Of a stretch of 64,000 bases of DNA, positions 12,772 through 26,000 are shown in pieces. Source of the DNA: Octopus sinensis (Eukaryota); assembly GCF_006345805.1 (NCBI RefSeq), contig NC_043003.1, positions 26,908,001 to 26,972,000 of the forward strand, given 5' to 3'. Every line of letters begins with the position of its first letter. The first letter of the stretch is position 1. A model generated the notes under the pieces. The model was not told the origin of the DNA. It made no database searches and saw only the letters and a program-made list of their open reading frames with translations. The translations under genes were made by a program, and so were the position numbers.

Positions 12772-13400
12772 GAATACACACTCCTATATATATATACATA
12801 CATACATTTATATATGTATATAGATACATATATATCTATATCTATCTATCTCTACATCTATATGTGTGTGTGTGTGTATGTGTACACATATGGGGTAGGT
12901 GCAGAAGATTTGCTGGCTCTGGATAGAAGAAAATACAAGAGGATCAGTTAATAATGATTTTGTTCAACATACTCCCCTCTCAGATTCTCACACTTATTGC
13001 AGTGGCCCTTCAGTTTTTCTAAGCCCAGTAAAAGAACTTGGAAGGTTGGGTCTCCAACCAGGTTTTTGCAATGCCCTTAAAGCCAGGAACTTTTCAGCAC
13101 CCCTTTATATGTGTGTGTGTGTGTTAGTATATATGTTCATTTTTTGTCTACGCATCATATATACATATTTTTCAGGGGTGTATATTCTGGATGTGCTAGC
13201 TGTGCACTGCACACCCATTGAATGTGGCAAATTCATTATGAACATTAACCTTACTCATTAATTTAATTACAAGTCTTAATGGAAAATTTTGGTATATTCT
13301 AACTTGAAATTTGGTGGCAATGGGTGTGGCAACACACCCAGTTTAATAACCACTGTACACCACTGATATTTATGTGTGTGTATTAGCATATATCTGTCTA

Positions 13401-13434
<34 letters not shown>

Positions 13435-13591
13435 CAGGGTGGCCCCAAAGTAGGTTTACAGTTATCACATAGGCACTTTAAATTTCTTTTATTACATTTA
13501 AATTTCTTTCTTAAAAACTGAAAAAATTAATTAACCACCTTATACCACTGATATTTATGTGTATTAGCATATATTTTCATATATCTGTCTA

Positions 13592-13627
<36 letters not shown>

Positions 13628-13863
13628 CAGGGTGGCCCCAAAGTAGGTTTACAGTTATCACGTAGGCACTTTAAATTTCTTTTAAAACATTTTAATATAT
13701 TTAAATTTCTTTCTTACAAACTGAAAAGGGAACTCGACAAAATTAACTAAATTAGCATAGAATAATGGTTTCATTTTGTTTTTATAATTAATATCTAAAC
13801 TGTTAATATATGAATGTGAAAGAGATAGTTGAATAACTGTAAACCTACTTTTGGGCCACCCTG
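13628..13863. mobile_element. Tc1/mariner MITE (left end duplicated at ~13436)
   Basis: TIRs CAGGGTGGCCCCAAAGTAGGTTTACAGTTAT / ATAACTGTAAACCTACTTTTGGGCCACCCTG with TA on both sides. Confidence 0.8.
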
Positions 13864-14362
13864 TATATATATATATATGGAAGAATCCTGCCATATATAC
13901 GGATGTATATAAAAATGTTTTATTTTTCACTTGTTTCAGTCAATGGATTGAAGTTGTGTTGGAGAAATGCCTTGAAGGCTTCAGTCAAACTAATTTAGCC
14001 CCAGTACTAAGCCTGGTACTTATTCTATTGATCTCTATTACTGAGCTACTAAGTTATGGGGATGTAAACAAATCAACATGGTTCCAGGTTCAGTCCCTCA
14101 GCATGACACATATGGCTTTGGCCAGCCTGAGGCTATCGTAGAAGACACCTGTTCAAGGTGCCACACAGTGGAACTGAACCTAGAACCATGCAGTTGGGAA
14201 GCAAGCTTCTTACCACACTTCCACAATCCCCTTCAAAAAATTCAGCATACAGTTTCATGTAGAAAATCTTTTGGTCTAATATTTACCTAGGTGGTCAAAC
14301 TTTACTGTGAAAAATGAACAGAATTCTTGTAAATATTCAAGATTTACAGCTTAGCTGATTTT

Positions 14363-14745
14363 ACTCTTTTACTTGTTTCAGCCATTTGACTGCAGCCATG
14401 CTGGAGCACCGCCATTAGTCGACCAAATTGACCCCAGGACTTAGTCTTTGTAAGCCTAGTACTTATTCTATCAGTCCCTTTTGCTGAACCACTAAGTTAC
14501 GGGAACATAAACACATCAGTGTCGGTTGTCAAGCGATGTTGGGGGAGACAAACACAGACACACCAACATATACATCTGTACGACGGACTTCTTTCAGTTT
14601 CCGTCTACCAAATCCACTCACAAGGTTTTGGTTGGCCCGAGGCTATAGTAGAAGACACTTGCCCAAGGTGCCACGCACAGGGACTGAACCTGGAACCATG
14701 TGGTTGGGAAGCAAGCTACGTACCACACAGCCACTCCTACGCCTA
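14363..14745 (-). mobile_element. CORE-like tRNA SINE (same family as 44929)
   Basis: Full head, body and tail. Further copies near 11950, 13915, 15118, 40005, 41350, 42350, 54568, 57855 and 59120. Confidence 0.8.
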
Positions 14746-15324
14746 TTTCATGTCTTTGGCTGTCACATTTGTCCCATGAGAAAGGCCAAGTACCATTTTA
14801 ACCTCACAACCACACATACACTCAATATGATAATTTAGCCAACAGTTGTGACCATCCAGCATTTTTAGGTGTATTTAATCTATGACTGCATTATCTAATC
14901 CAGTATTTCTCAAAGAAGGAAAGAAGCGACTACACCCATTAAATTTCTTTTGCTGTAGATGTACACTGAAATTTGAATTTGTGTGGAAAATTTTCCCTTC
15001 TTTGCAAAGTAGGTGTTGCACCCATGAGAGTAACAATTCTTCAAAATTTCTTCGATTAGAAAAGAATCTGATTTCATTTTGAAAATGTGTGTGTGCAATA
15101 TTTTCATGCTTTTCCATGCAGATGTGGTTGAGTGGTAAGAAATTTGCTTCCTAACCACATGGTCTGCATTTAGTCTCATTATGTGGCACCTTGGGCAAGT
15201 GACTTTTACTATAGTTCCAAGTTGACTAATTTTGGAAGTGGATTTGGTAGATAGAAACGGAAAGAAGCCTTCCATATAAACACATACACACACATATACA
15301 TACATGTGTATGTGTATATATATA

Positions 15325-15672
15325 TACTAAGTAATTAAGGGTTTAGCAACGATTTGCCTCACCACACACCGAATTTAGAAATAGCAGTCAAAGAGTTATG
15401 GCTATTCTTTCTACTTAAAAGAGAGATCTCAGTAAAACCACAGCACTTAAAAGTGTGGTTTTACTGAGATCTCTCTTTCAAGTAGAAAGAATAGCCATAA
15501 CTCTTTGACTTCTATTTCTAAATTCGGTGTGTGGTGAGGCAAATCGTTGCTAAACCCTTAATTACTTAGTATTACTTAAACCTTCCTTGAATGGGGCTTT
15601 TACATGCCGATATCTACTTGGTGAAATTAATGATTACTCCAAATTAATTGATTTCACCCTATATTATTATTG
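15325..15672. mobile_element. Fold-back element, same family, copy A
   Basis: 247-bp near-perfect palindrome (15325-15571) plus a ~100-bp tail, with (TA)n flanks. Confidence 0.75.
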
Positions 15673-17019
15673 TATATATATATATATATATATACATACA
15701 TATATATCATCATCATCACTGTTTAACATCCATTTTCCATGCATGCATGGAAAAATGGACGTTAAAATGATGGCGATGATGTGTACATGCATAAGTAGAC
15801 AATTCACAGGAAACATCAGTGGGGAAGCCGGTAAGAATTGAAAAGGAAAGGGTCTAAGTAGAAGCAAAGTACCATAAAGTTTCCAATTTTTTAAAACTTA
15901 TTCAGTGTGTGGTGAATAAAGAAATATCATATGAAAGCTTACTCCATCTTGTCTTCTCATTAACCCACGTGTTCTTATATTTCAGTTGAAACACACTGCC
16001 TTTGTTTCTATTGAAAATTATGAAGAATTTACGGAAGTAACTATCATTGTTGACCCTTTTGATAGCAACCCGGCTGAAGCTGCCTCTGGCTCTGTAGTAA
16101 CAAATGTCTTGTTTTTCATAAGTTTTGAATTAATATCTTCCACCAAACCTTAGTAACAATTTATGTTCCTAACACTAGCTTACTGATAACTAAATTATTT
16201 TATTAAATTCCTTGTTACATTTAAAATTAATTGAAAGAAACACAGAGCATCTCAAAATAATATTATAACAAAAGGGTTAAGCTAGTGTTTGAGATATAAA
16301 TGAGCATAAACTATGATAAAAAATTTTAATTTAGATAATTTTAAAACATATCATAGAGCCAGGTACAGTTTCAGGCAAGTTGATATCAGAAGGGTTGAGC
16401 AAATATTTCAGAGTGGATGTGTGTGCCTTCGTATATTCAGTTTGTTAACCATTGATCTATGTTTTTCTCTCACCTCCACTAAAAGAGGTGTGATTTGCGG
16501 AAAATTTGGCTGTTATTTCTTTGCAGTTCAAGCAATCACATAGATACTACTTTCTCATTGTTTAACCCTGGGTCAGGTCAGAGATAATCAAGTGAAAACA
16601 ATTCAGCCTTGACTAGCTCTCTTTAATTTGAAATTAATGTAACTAGTCCTACATTATGTGTTCTCATGTTTTTAAGACAGTAGGGTATGAGTTGAAGGAA
16701 ATTTAACCCTTAAAACAAACCCCAGCACAAAAAAAACCTGATTGTATGTCATATCTTTCTCATATTCTTTTCATCGTAGTTCATATATCTATAGATTTTT
16801 AATAACATAATAGGTTAGATAGGATGGTGCCTATAGTACAATAACCAATAGTAGTGTGCATGTATAGTAAATATTACGATCGTGAAATTGGCATTAGCTG
16901 ATCTCACTCTTTCTCAGGGAACCCTTAGGAACCTTTTGCAGAACCCTGGTTGAGAAACGCTACCCTAAGGGCTCTGTCAAACCATAATGCTGATGATGAT
17001 CTTTTTTGTTATAGGCATA

Positions 17020-18400
17020 AGGCATGAAATTTTGCAGGAGGGGACATTGACTTCACGTGGATGAAACGCAAAGTCGACCTCAGCAGGATTTGAACTCACA
17101 ATGTAAAGATGGATGAAATGCTGCTAAGCATTTTGACTGGCATGCTAATGATACTGCCAACTCACTGTCTTAAAAAATTAATTATAATCCTTTCTACTGT
17201 AAACACAAGGCCTGAAATTTCAGGGTAGGGGTTAAGTTCAAAACTGACTCCAGTCTAAAACTGGAACTTATTTTCTCGACCCTGAAAGGATGAAAGGCAA
17301 AGTTGGCTTCAGTGGAATTTGAACTCAGGAAGAAAGGATGAACAAAATACTGTTGAGCATTTTACCCAGCATATTATTGATAATAATGGTTTCATATTAT
17401 TGCACAAGGCCAGCAAGTAGAGTAAATCAGTTGTATCAACCCCAGTGTTTAACTGGTATATTATTTTATTGACCTTGAAAGGATGAAAGGAAAAACTAAC
17501 CTTGGCGGGATTTGAACTCTCAATGTAAAGAACTGAAAGAAATAACACTAAACATTTTGTCTGGTGCACTAATAATTCTGCCTTAAAATTGTATCAAATT
17601 TTGGCACAAGGCCAGCAATTTTGAGTGGAGGGGGCAAGTCAGTTACATCAACCCCAGTACTTGATAGGTACTTTATTTTATTAACTCTGAACCCAGAATG
17701 TGAAGAACTGGAATGAACATCAAACTGTAGATTTTGTGATTTAACAATTCTGTTATTTTGCAGCTTTTAAGGGTTTCTCATTAAGGCACAGGGCTAGAAA
17801 ATTTGAAAAGAGAGGCTTAGCTGATATCAGAAACCTCAATATATAACTGGTACTTTATTAACCCCAGAGGGAAAGGCAATGTTGAACTCAGAAAATAGAG
17901 CTGGAACAAATATTGCTAGGCATTTTTCCTGATGTTCTAATGCTTTGGTTAATCCATGACACCACTTTCTAATATAGCCACAAGGTTTGAAATATGCAGC
18001 GATCAGGAGGGAAATGGTCAATCACATTGACTCCAGTATCTGGCTGGTACTTTATCTTATAGAAACAAGTTCTGAGTTCAAATTCCGCCGAGGTCTACTT
18101 TGTTTTTCATCCTTTCGGGGTCGATAAATTAAGTACCAGTTACGCACTTGTGGGTAGTAAAAAAATAGGTATTTCATCTGTCTTTACGTTCTGAGTTCAA
18201 ATTCCGCCGAGGTCTACTTTGCCTTTCATCCTTTCGGGGTCGATAAATTAAGTACCAGTTACGCACTGAGGGGTCGATGTAATCAACTTAATCCCTTTGT
18301 TTGTCCCCTCTATGTTTAGTCTCTTGTGGGCAATAGAGAAATAAGAAACAAAGCAATGAAAGGCAACGTTAACTTCAGCGGGATTTGAACTCAGAACACA
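17020..18400. mobile_element. Cluster of old minus-strand Nin-SINEs with a younger plus-strand dimer (18070-18345)
   Basis: Repeated GGATGAAAGGCAAAGT..GGAATTTGAACTCA units. Confidence 0.7.
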
Positions 18401-18689
18401 AAACACCAATAGAGGCTCTATCCATTCTGCAAAATGCTTTTTTTTTTAGTCAGGTGATATTAAAATCTATGCACAATAAAAGAATAACACAAATGCAACT
18501 CCAAAAAAACCATCAGTCAAACTATACAATATATGTTATATGCATAATTATTATATGAATACATAATAAATATATAATTTGTGTTGCATTATCAATTAAA
18601 ATATGTACACATATTCATACATATATAATATAGACTATATAAAATATATATATATATATGTATATATTGTCGTGTTGTATTATTCTTTT

Positions 18690-19052
18690 TCTGTTTTACT
18701 TGTTTCAGCCATTTCGCTGTGGTCATGCTGGAGCACCGCCTTTTGTCGACCCCCAGTACTTATTCTTTGTAAGCCTAGTCCTTCTTCTATCTGTCCCTCT
18801 TGCCAAACCACTAGGTTACGGGGACATAAACACACCAGCATCGTTTGTCAAGTAATGTTGAGGGGACAAACACAGACACATATACGATGGGCTTCTTTCA
18901 GTTTCTGTGTATCAAATCCACTCACAAGGCTTTGGTTGGCCCAAGGCTAAAGTAGAAGACACTTGCCCAAGGTGCCATGCAGTGGGACTGAACTCGGAAC
19001 CATGTGGTTCATAAGCAAGCAAACTACTTACTACACAGCCACTCCTATGCCT
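18690..19052 (-). mobile_element. CORE-like tRNA SINE just downstream of the KLF 3' end
   Basis: Same head, body and tail as the 44929 copy. Confidence 0.8.
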
Positions 19053-19189
19053 ATTGGTTAAAATATATACACATAAGCATATTATATATGCAAACAATGT
19101 ATAGACTCATATTGTGAATAATATATATCATATACATACATACATATTGTATATACACATGATTAACAAAATAAGATATAATGTAACAA

Positions 19190-19250
19190 TGCAAAAATAA
19201 CAACAAAAGATATATGTATATATAAAATAAAGACAGTTGTCCATTTTATT
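19190..19250 (-). terminator. Candidate polyadenylation signal of the KLF gene
   Basis: Minus-strand AATAAA at 19250-19245, followed about 40 nt later by the GU/U-rich TTTTGTTGTTATTTTTG. An alternative AATAAA lies at 19663-19658. Confidence 0.5.
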
Positions 19251-20066
19251 ATTATTTTTTTAAATGTTAAATTGACAGTATATAATTGTAATAATAATAA
19301 TTATTATCATTATTATTATGATGATCAATATGAACAAATAACACATTACTGAATGTCTTTGAGAAATTAGTGTGTTTCGTCGTTAATAAAAGAATTTGTA
19401 AAACAATATATATTCAGAGTTTGTTCTTGGTGAATTGATGAATCCAACACACTATGGGGTTTTGTATGTAATTGTCTGAATTTGAGAAATATAACAGTGA
19501 GGTGGTAATGGTGATCGTTTTTTCATGGGGTGGAGAAGGGCTATACGTTGTAAAAAAAAAAAAAAAAAAAAATTTTGAATTTAAAAAAGAGAAAGAGAAA
19601 AAAAAGTGGTTTTTCTAGCCATTAATACTCCACAGTACAATATATTTCTGTAAAAAGTTTATTTCTTTAAAAATTTTCCAATTTTAATTGTTCTCCTTTT
19701 TTTTTATGGTGTGTGTAAAAATGTTTTTTTAAACAGTAAAAAAAAAAAGTAGTTGCAAAAATGAGGGGAAAATAATAAATCTTTCACACTCCAATCACAA
19801 AGCTCATGTCAGCACCAGAGGTTTCGCGGCACAGTATTTGGTGCAGCAAGACAGTGGGTTTTATCTAGCCCCACTCTTCGAAGGGTTTGAATGACCCTGT
19901 CCTGTGCAAGCAAACTACCACATGCCTGGCCCGTTTCACAAGGGTGACGAACACAAGAAGAGGCGAGGAAAGAGCGTGTTTTCAGCCATGCCCCGCTTCT
20001 GTCACTATTGTCGTCTCCAAAATCCTTCACGGTGTGCATGGTAGAACAAAATTCTAAACCGTCGGT

Positions 20067-20254
20067 TCATTTGTTCTTGGGTTCATGGCGTTTCATGTGC
20101 AGCGCCAAGTGATCAGAACGTGCAAAGCATCGCTCGCAGACTTTGCACTTGAATGGCTTGGCACCGGTGTGTTTTCGTATGTGCCTGGTGAGTTCGTCGG
20201 AGCGAGCAAAGCGCCACTGGCAGGAAGGAAACGTACAAAGATAAGGTTTTTCTC
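20067..20254 (-). CDS. KLF5: KLF5-like transcription factor, last coding exon (zinc fingers 2-3)
   Basis: Acceptor tttcag|GAGAAAAA. Translates [61 protein letters not shown], with TGA at 20069-20067. Confidence 0.96.
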
Positions 20255-21074
20255 CTGAAAATAAAGAAGAAAACGAGATATAAGTAAAAATTCAATCAGT
20301 TTTAATGAGAGAGAAATTAGCAAAATCAGAAAATGGCAAATACAAAAATGCCTAACCCTACCCAACTCTAATCTGTATTTTAATCAAACAGAATTATTCT
20401 CAGTGGGAACCTAGTAGGGAAAAAGGGCAGCAAAAACCAGTTAACCCACTAATAATAAACCCATATAAAAACAGGGTTAGAATTTTAGCTGAGCAGGGTT
20501 AACCCTTTTAATCCCAAATGAAGCATGGCAGAGTAGTCTTCAAGAAGTAGACAGACCTATGATCAAAGATGTTCCAGCCATGACTACACCATCCAATGTA
20601 TCTTTCTCTACCCCTACTTGTTTTTTTTTAAGAGGACAGAGTGAGGGCTGAGATTTTGGTTGCTACTTTTAACAGGTGGTAGCAGTATTTTCCTCTGTCA
20701 TTCTATCTCAGAGAAATGTTATGTAATCCTATTTAACATTTGCTATGGTATATATGTATATAAAAATAAATTTGCTTTTTTTTTTAATGTATTTTAACTC
20801 AGTAGATATACCAGTTTGTCAGTTTGACTCTTGCAGCTAGTGTCACAGATAAATTTTCATGACAAGACACTACACAATTGTACATGGTAGCTTGCCAAAC
20901 AACTATTCATTTCAAGTTGAATTTAAACTAAAATGAGAGTTGTTATATATGTACACGTGTGCATACACACATATACACATTTATATATATGGCTAGTCTT
21001 TATGTCAAGCTATCTATGTTATCCCCTGGCCATTTCACTATGAATAATAATAATAATAATAAATCGATACATAC

Positions 21075-21134
21075 CTGTATGGATTCGCTGATGAGCCTTC
21101 AGGTGAGAGCTTTTCGTGTACGCTTTACGGCAAT
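21075..21134 (-). CDS. KLF5: KLF5-like transcription factor, 60-nt exon 3 (zinc finger 1: [21 protein letters not shown])
   Basis: tttttcag|ATTGCCGT...CATACAG|gtatgt, phase 1/1. It encodes the KLF ZF1 motif [10 protein letters not shown] and is missed by the ORF track. Confidence 0.95.
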
Positions 21135-21819
21135 CTGAAAAAGTGAGAGAGATAAGTTATTAGATAAGTTATAACCAAGAAATGTTACAAACACAATAAT
21201 AATAATGGTTTTAAATCTTGACACAACGACAATAATTTGGAGGTGGGGGTGGGGGAGGTAGATTACATCAGTTCCAGTGTTGAACTGGTACTTATTTTAT
21301 CAACTCTGAAAGGATGAAAGGCAAAAGTCAGCCTTGGTGGAATTTGAAGTCAGAATGTAAATGCCAGAAATGCCCCCAAAGCATTTTGTCCAGAGTGCAA
21401 ACAATTCTGCCAGTTTGTCACCTTAATGATAATTATTATCAATACACCTGTAGGTGGTCGAGAGATACTTGCTGGAAATATCAACATAATCTCACTCAAA
21501 TCACATTCTTCTAATTAACTACCATAATTTTTACATCGGAGAATAAAATATTACATTGTAACTGCTTGTGTTTGTGACACCAACATATTATCAGTCGATT
21601 AATTAGACTGTGTTAAACTAGGTGCCCTCCTGCTCCACCAGACAGGTAGATATTTTATTCTGGAGGAGTTTGAAAGTGTAAAGCTAGCAGATTATTTGTT
21701 AAGGAAAAATGTCAATGAATGTTACTGTTCATAGTCATTAGCTTGTAAACCATTCTCACACACAGATTTGCTCATTCATATATCATGGATATTAGAGTAT
21801 TAAGATAAGAGGTACTTAC

Positions 21820-23068
21820 TTTGAAAATCACAGAAATGAACTCGTCTTTTCTCCAACTCAGGGTTGTTTTTTCTGTTGTACTTTATGGTTGAGCATCCAG
21901 GATGTGTCACAGGTTGTTTTTTATTTACTGTCCTCACAGGGGGAACTGACAGTACGGGGTTCATAAAGTGACGCGGGTTGCCTGGATATGGCGGCGGTGG
22001 TGTGCGTCGGAATGAGCCTTCCTGGACGGGGCTGGCGGGCAGTGAATTGGGTGGGGTTGGAAACAGGGGGCCACCCGTCGATGAGGAAGAGGAGGAGTTG
22101 GATAGAGCCGATGAGGAAGGTGATGAGGAATTTGGTGAGTGCAAGAAAGAGAGATTCTGGTGGTGGGGATGAGCAGGAAGTTGTGTGGCGTAGCCCATCG
22201 ACATAAGAGATGATTGAAGTTTTCCCACTTTAGTCCGGTGATGCCCGCCGGCCTCATTTATGTTCGGCTTCGATTCTATAGCACATGCTGTCCGAACCGG
22301 CTCAAATTTACAAGCAGTAAGCATGTTAACACCATTGTTGCTAAGGTTGCTATTGCTGGTATTGTTAATAACGTTGTTCTGGTTGTTACCGGTATTGTTG
22401 AGCAAAATCGATGAGGTGTACTGACAGGCGGGCTTGTCCCAGTCAGTATCAATAGGTTCACTCTTGATACGATTAGTTAATCCGGCCATAGTGTCCTGAG
22501 AAGTGTCTTGAGAAGTGACCATGTGCATTCCCAGACGTATGTCGTCCCACAAGGCCTTGCAGTTCTCCTGGTTCAAATCCAGCTCTTGCTGGTCAATCGA
22601 ATTTATGTAATCAACATTGGTCATACCCCCTATAGAATCGATGTCAAAGTTTTCTGGTTCCAATTTGATATTTGATGAGTACTCGTCCCAGTCCAGCTCT
22701 TTACGACCGTCCTCTATTGACGGCAAGTGACCGTTGCTGCCCATATTGCTACCACCATTGTTGGTGATAGCCTGATGCACCAACTGGGTCTTTAAACCGT
22801 TCATATTGACTGAATTCATCACCATTAACCTGTTACCACGGTGAAGCTCTACGCCATTCTGGTTGGCCATGTTATTGTAAACACTGTTACAGTTCATTAA
22901 ACCAATACGAAGGTTGTTTGAGTTACTGTATAAGAGGCCACCTTTTAGTTCACCATCATCGTTGAAGAATTCACCCACTACTGATGCGCTGTCACGACGT
23001 TGGCGCTTCCTGAAGGCTGGTGAGCTCTGTGTTGGTGACACCAAGTATTGTTCTAAATCCGGTTCCAC
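21820..23068 (-). CDS. KLF5: KLF5-like transcription factor, coding exon 2 (transactivation region to start of zinc finger 1)
   Basis: Acceptor ttgttgcag|GTGGAA and donor CAAA|gtaagt bound a 1249-nt open frame. It contains DLEQYL, IKSEP/IKLEP, PTPPNS, TPPPPY and the KLF5 hallmark KYNRKNNPELEKRRVHFC. Confidence 0.95.
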
Positions 23069-26000
23069 CTGCAACAACAAAAAAAATAAAAAATTAATTA
23101 TAATGATGATGACAATGATAATAATAATAATAATTTCAGATATTGGGACAAAGCTAATCGTTTTAAGGTAAAGGATCAAGTCTATTGCATCGACCCCCCA
23201 CAAGCATTTGATGATTATGATGGGCACTTATTTTATCGTCCCTCTGAAAAGATGAACGACAAAGTTGAACTCGACTTATGCCTTATTTTATTGATCCCGA
23301 AAAGTGACAGGCAAAGTATATGCGGGGGGGGGGGGGGAAGAGACAAAGGATTTGAACACAGAATGAATAGAGACAAAACAGAACACCGCAAGGCCAAAAT
23401 GTAACTTTGTAACTATGTTTTCCCTTCTCAAATGTTTTCACGGTCCTATTAAATGAAGATAGAAATCTGACTGCTATTTCTAATAGCCTGAATAACCACG
23501 TACAGGATTTATCATCTGATCACATTAGATATTCTGTTTCATATACAGAGGCTTCAATGTGTGTGTGTATGTGTGTGTGTGTGTGCGTGAGAGAGAGGAA
23601 GAGGTCGGCCTGCGAGTTGAGCAATTAGCGTGTGTATTTGAAGTTACCGTAAGATGTAAAAAAGTTATAGTTTGGTAAAGGGTTACTTATTTGCACACAC
23701 ACACATACACACACTCACGCATGCGTGTGTGCGTAGACCTTATACGTGTGTGTTTGTGTGTGTGTGACAAATCCGGAAACGGTTATTCTTTTTGAAACCC
23801 ACCGCTCCTTGACGAGAGAAAAAAGGTGTGTTTTTATGTAACTAGACACACGCACACACACTGTAACACACATACACACCCACACGTTCCTACTTATTAT
23901 TCTCTCGATAAGAAAAAATAAATAAAAAATTTCTAGGTGTGTACAAATGTAGTTGAAGTCGGGTATGTATAATATGTACAATAGTTGCGTGGGTAAGTAA
24001 TATGTAATGTATGTATAATTCAAACGTTGGTTCACGTGAACTGAACAGCAAACACGTGTGTGTGTATGTGTGTGAGACACGCAGTGTATGTATGTATAAT
24101 ATGGCCGTCCGTATTTGCTTTATCGTTTTTATGTGTTTGATAGTATATGTAATTTGAGGGTGGAAAAAGGCGCGCGCCTGTACACACGCATGTGTGTGTG
24201 TTTAGTCATTTAAATATTAGTAGTAAAATATGTGGGGGAAAAGGCGATGTTTAAAAAGATTTAAAAAAAGTGTGATGGTGCCATATATATATATGATATA
24301 TATGTAGGTACTTCAATGGAGTTAAAGGGGGAAAAAAAAAATCACCCAAACGGGTCAATGGTCTTATTGGAGACATTTAACGCGCACAAAAAAAAAAAAA
24401 AAAAAAAAAAAATTCGTTACTTGAAGTCTGCCTTTTAGTTGGAGAGAGAGAGAAAACAATATTAATTGATAGCGATTCTCTAAAAGCAAAGCTGATATAA
24501 TTTCTTGACATTCAGGATTGGAAATCAAGTAGTTTTTTCCCCCCTCAAAGCTACACACACAAGGAGAGAAAATTAAAGAGAAAAAAAAAAAAAAAAAGTG
24601 TAAAGTTTGTGGAAAGTTAAATTAAAAATTTTTCCAGTCAAAGCTTTATACAAAAATTTCCTTCCATATTATAAAGTAATATTTTTAATGATTAATTAAT
24701 ATTACACTTCAAGATTATAAGGCGCGCGTACACACCCACATTAGTAGAATATTAAACTGACTGCACTTAAAACTAGCCTTTAGGAATTTCATGCGAAATA
24801 TTCAAAGTTAGCTCCTTCTATAATCCAATGAAACTATGCTGCGTAGGGAAAACGTTAACAAAATTATTTTTGAAAAAAAAAAAAAAAAAAATTTTTTTTT
24901 AAAGTATGGATATGAACGCTAAAGAGTTAACCGCCTCCCTTGCAAGTGTGTGTGTGTTTCGTTCGAAAGATCACATCGTCGTTTTTCCGATAAGTAGACA
25001 AGAAAGTATGAAAGCGAGAAACTTTAAAATGTATATCTGGAAAATTTCATTGTATGTATGTATATGAAAAAGTTATGAGGAAACAAAATCGGTCGGGAGA
25101 TATACAATCCTTTAGTTATGTCACACACACCGCTATATAAATGGGGAGGGGAATTCACACAAATTGATGTAAAAAAAAAAAAAAATATACAACTACTAAT
25201 AAAAGGAAATTATTTGAAATAATAAAAAAATTAAGAGATTGCAAACAGAAATAATTCAGTTTTGAATCTAATAAAACGACAAAAAAAAGAAATCCTTCGT
25301 CTTTCTTGTGAGATCAAAAAGGCGTAAAATTTAAATAATATAGAAAAAATAAATATATCTACCACGAGAATTCGAACACACCACCGCAGTATCAAACCCT
25401 CAAATGGATGAAACTCCTAATAAGTCAGCCGTAACAGCAATAGCTGTTGCGCAATGCTCTGTCCAGTCAGTGCTCGATCAAGCAGGCACTCGAGTGTATT
25501 GCATGTACATGAGTGTGTGTGTGTGTGAGTGAGTGAGTGTAACTGCCGTGTGGTTGGTGTCAGTCTTTTTAAAATAAACAATGGGACAATTCATAACACG
25601 CACAAACACTTAGCTACTGCTTTGCTTCCGTACTGGAGCCGACCAGTTGAAAATTGCTTTACACAAACTGCGTGCTTAACGTATGTATGTATGCACAAAT
25701 AAAAGCTTATACACTTATAAAATCTCTCTCTCTCTCTCTCTTTCACACACACACACACACACGCGCGTATTATGTGTTCATACATACATGTATATTTCCA
25801 TTTTACAGCGTGGTTTCTACGACTGGATGCCCTTCTTAACAACAACTACTATGAATAGACATGAATTTATACATGCAGTTCTATCTTCTCACTGGAGGCT
25901 GTTTCAAACCCGAAAACGATGAAAGGGTGACGACACTGCACCGCCCCTTACAACAGTCTTATTTTCTATAATAAACACCCACCCAAACCAGACGTTAATC

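Noticed and set aside
21085-21110. CTGATGAG hammerhead-like word
   Set aside because: Antisense of KLF exon 3 codons, with no GAAA or helices.
23069-23227. N-terminal MPIIIIK...FLLLQ part of the 475-aa ORF
   Set aside because: Intronic: (ATT)n and SINE relic sequence upstream of a clear acceptor at 23069/23068.
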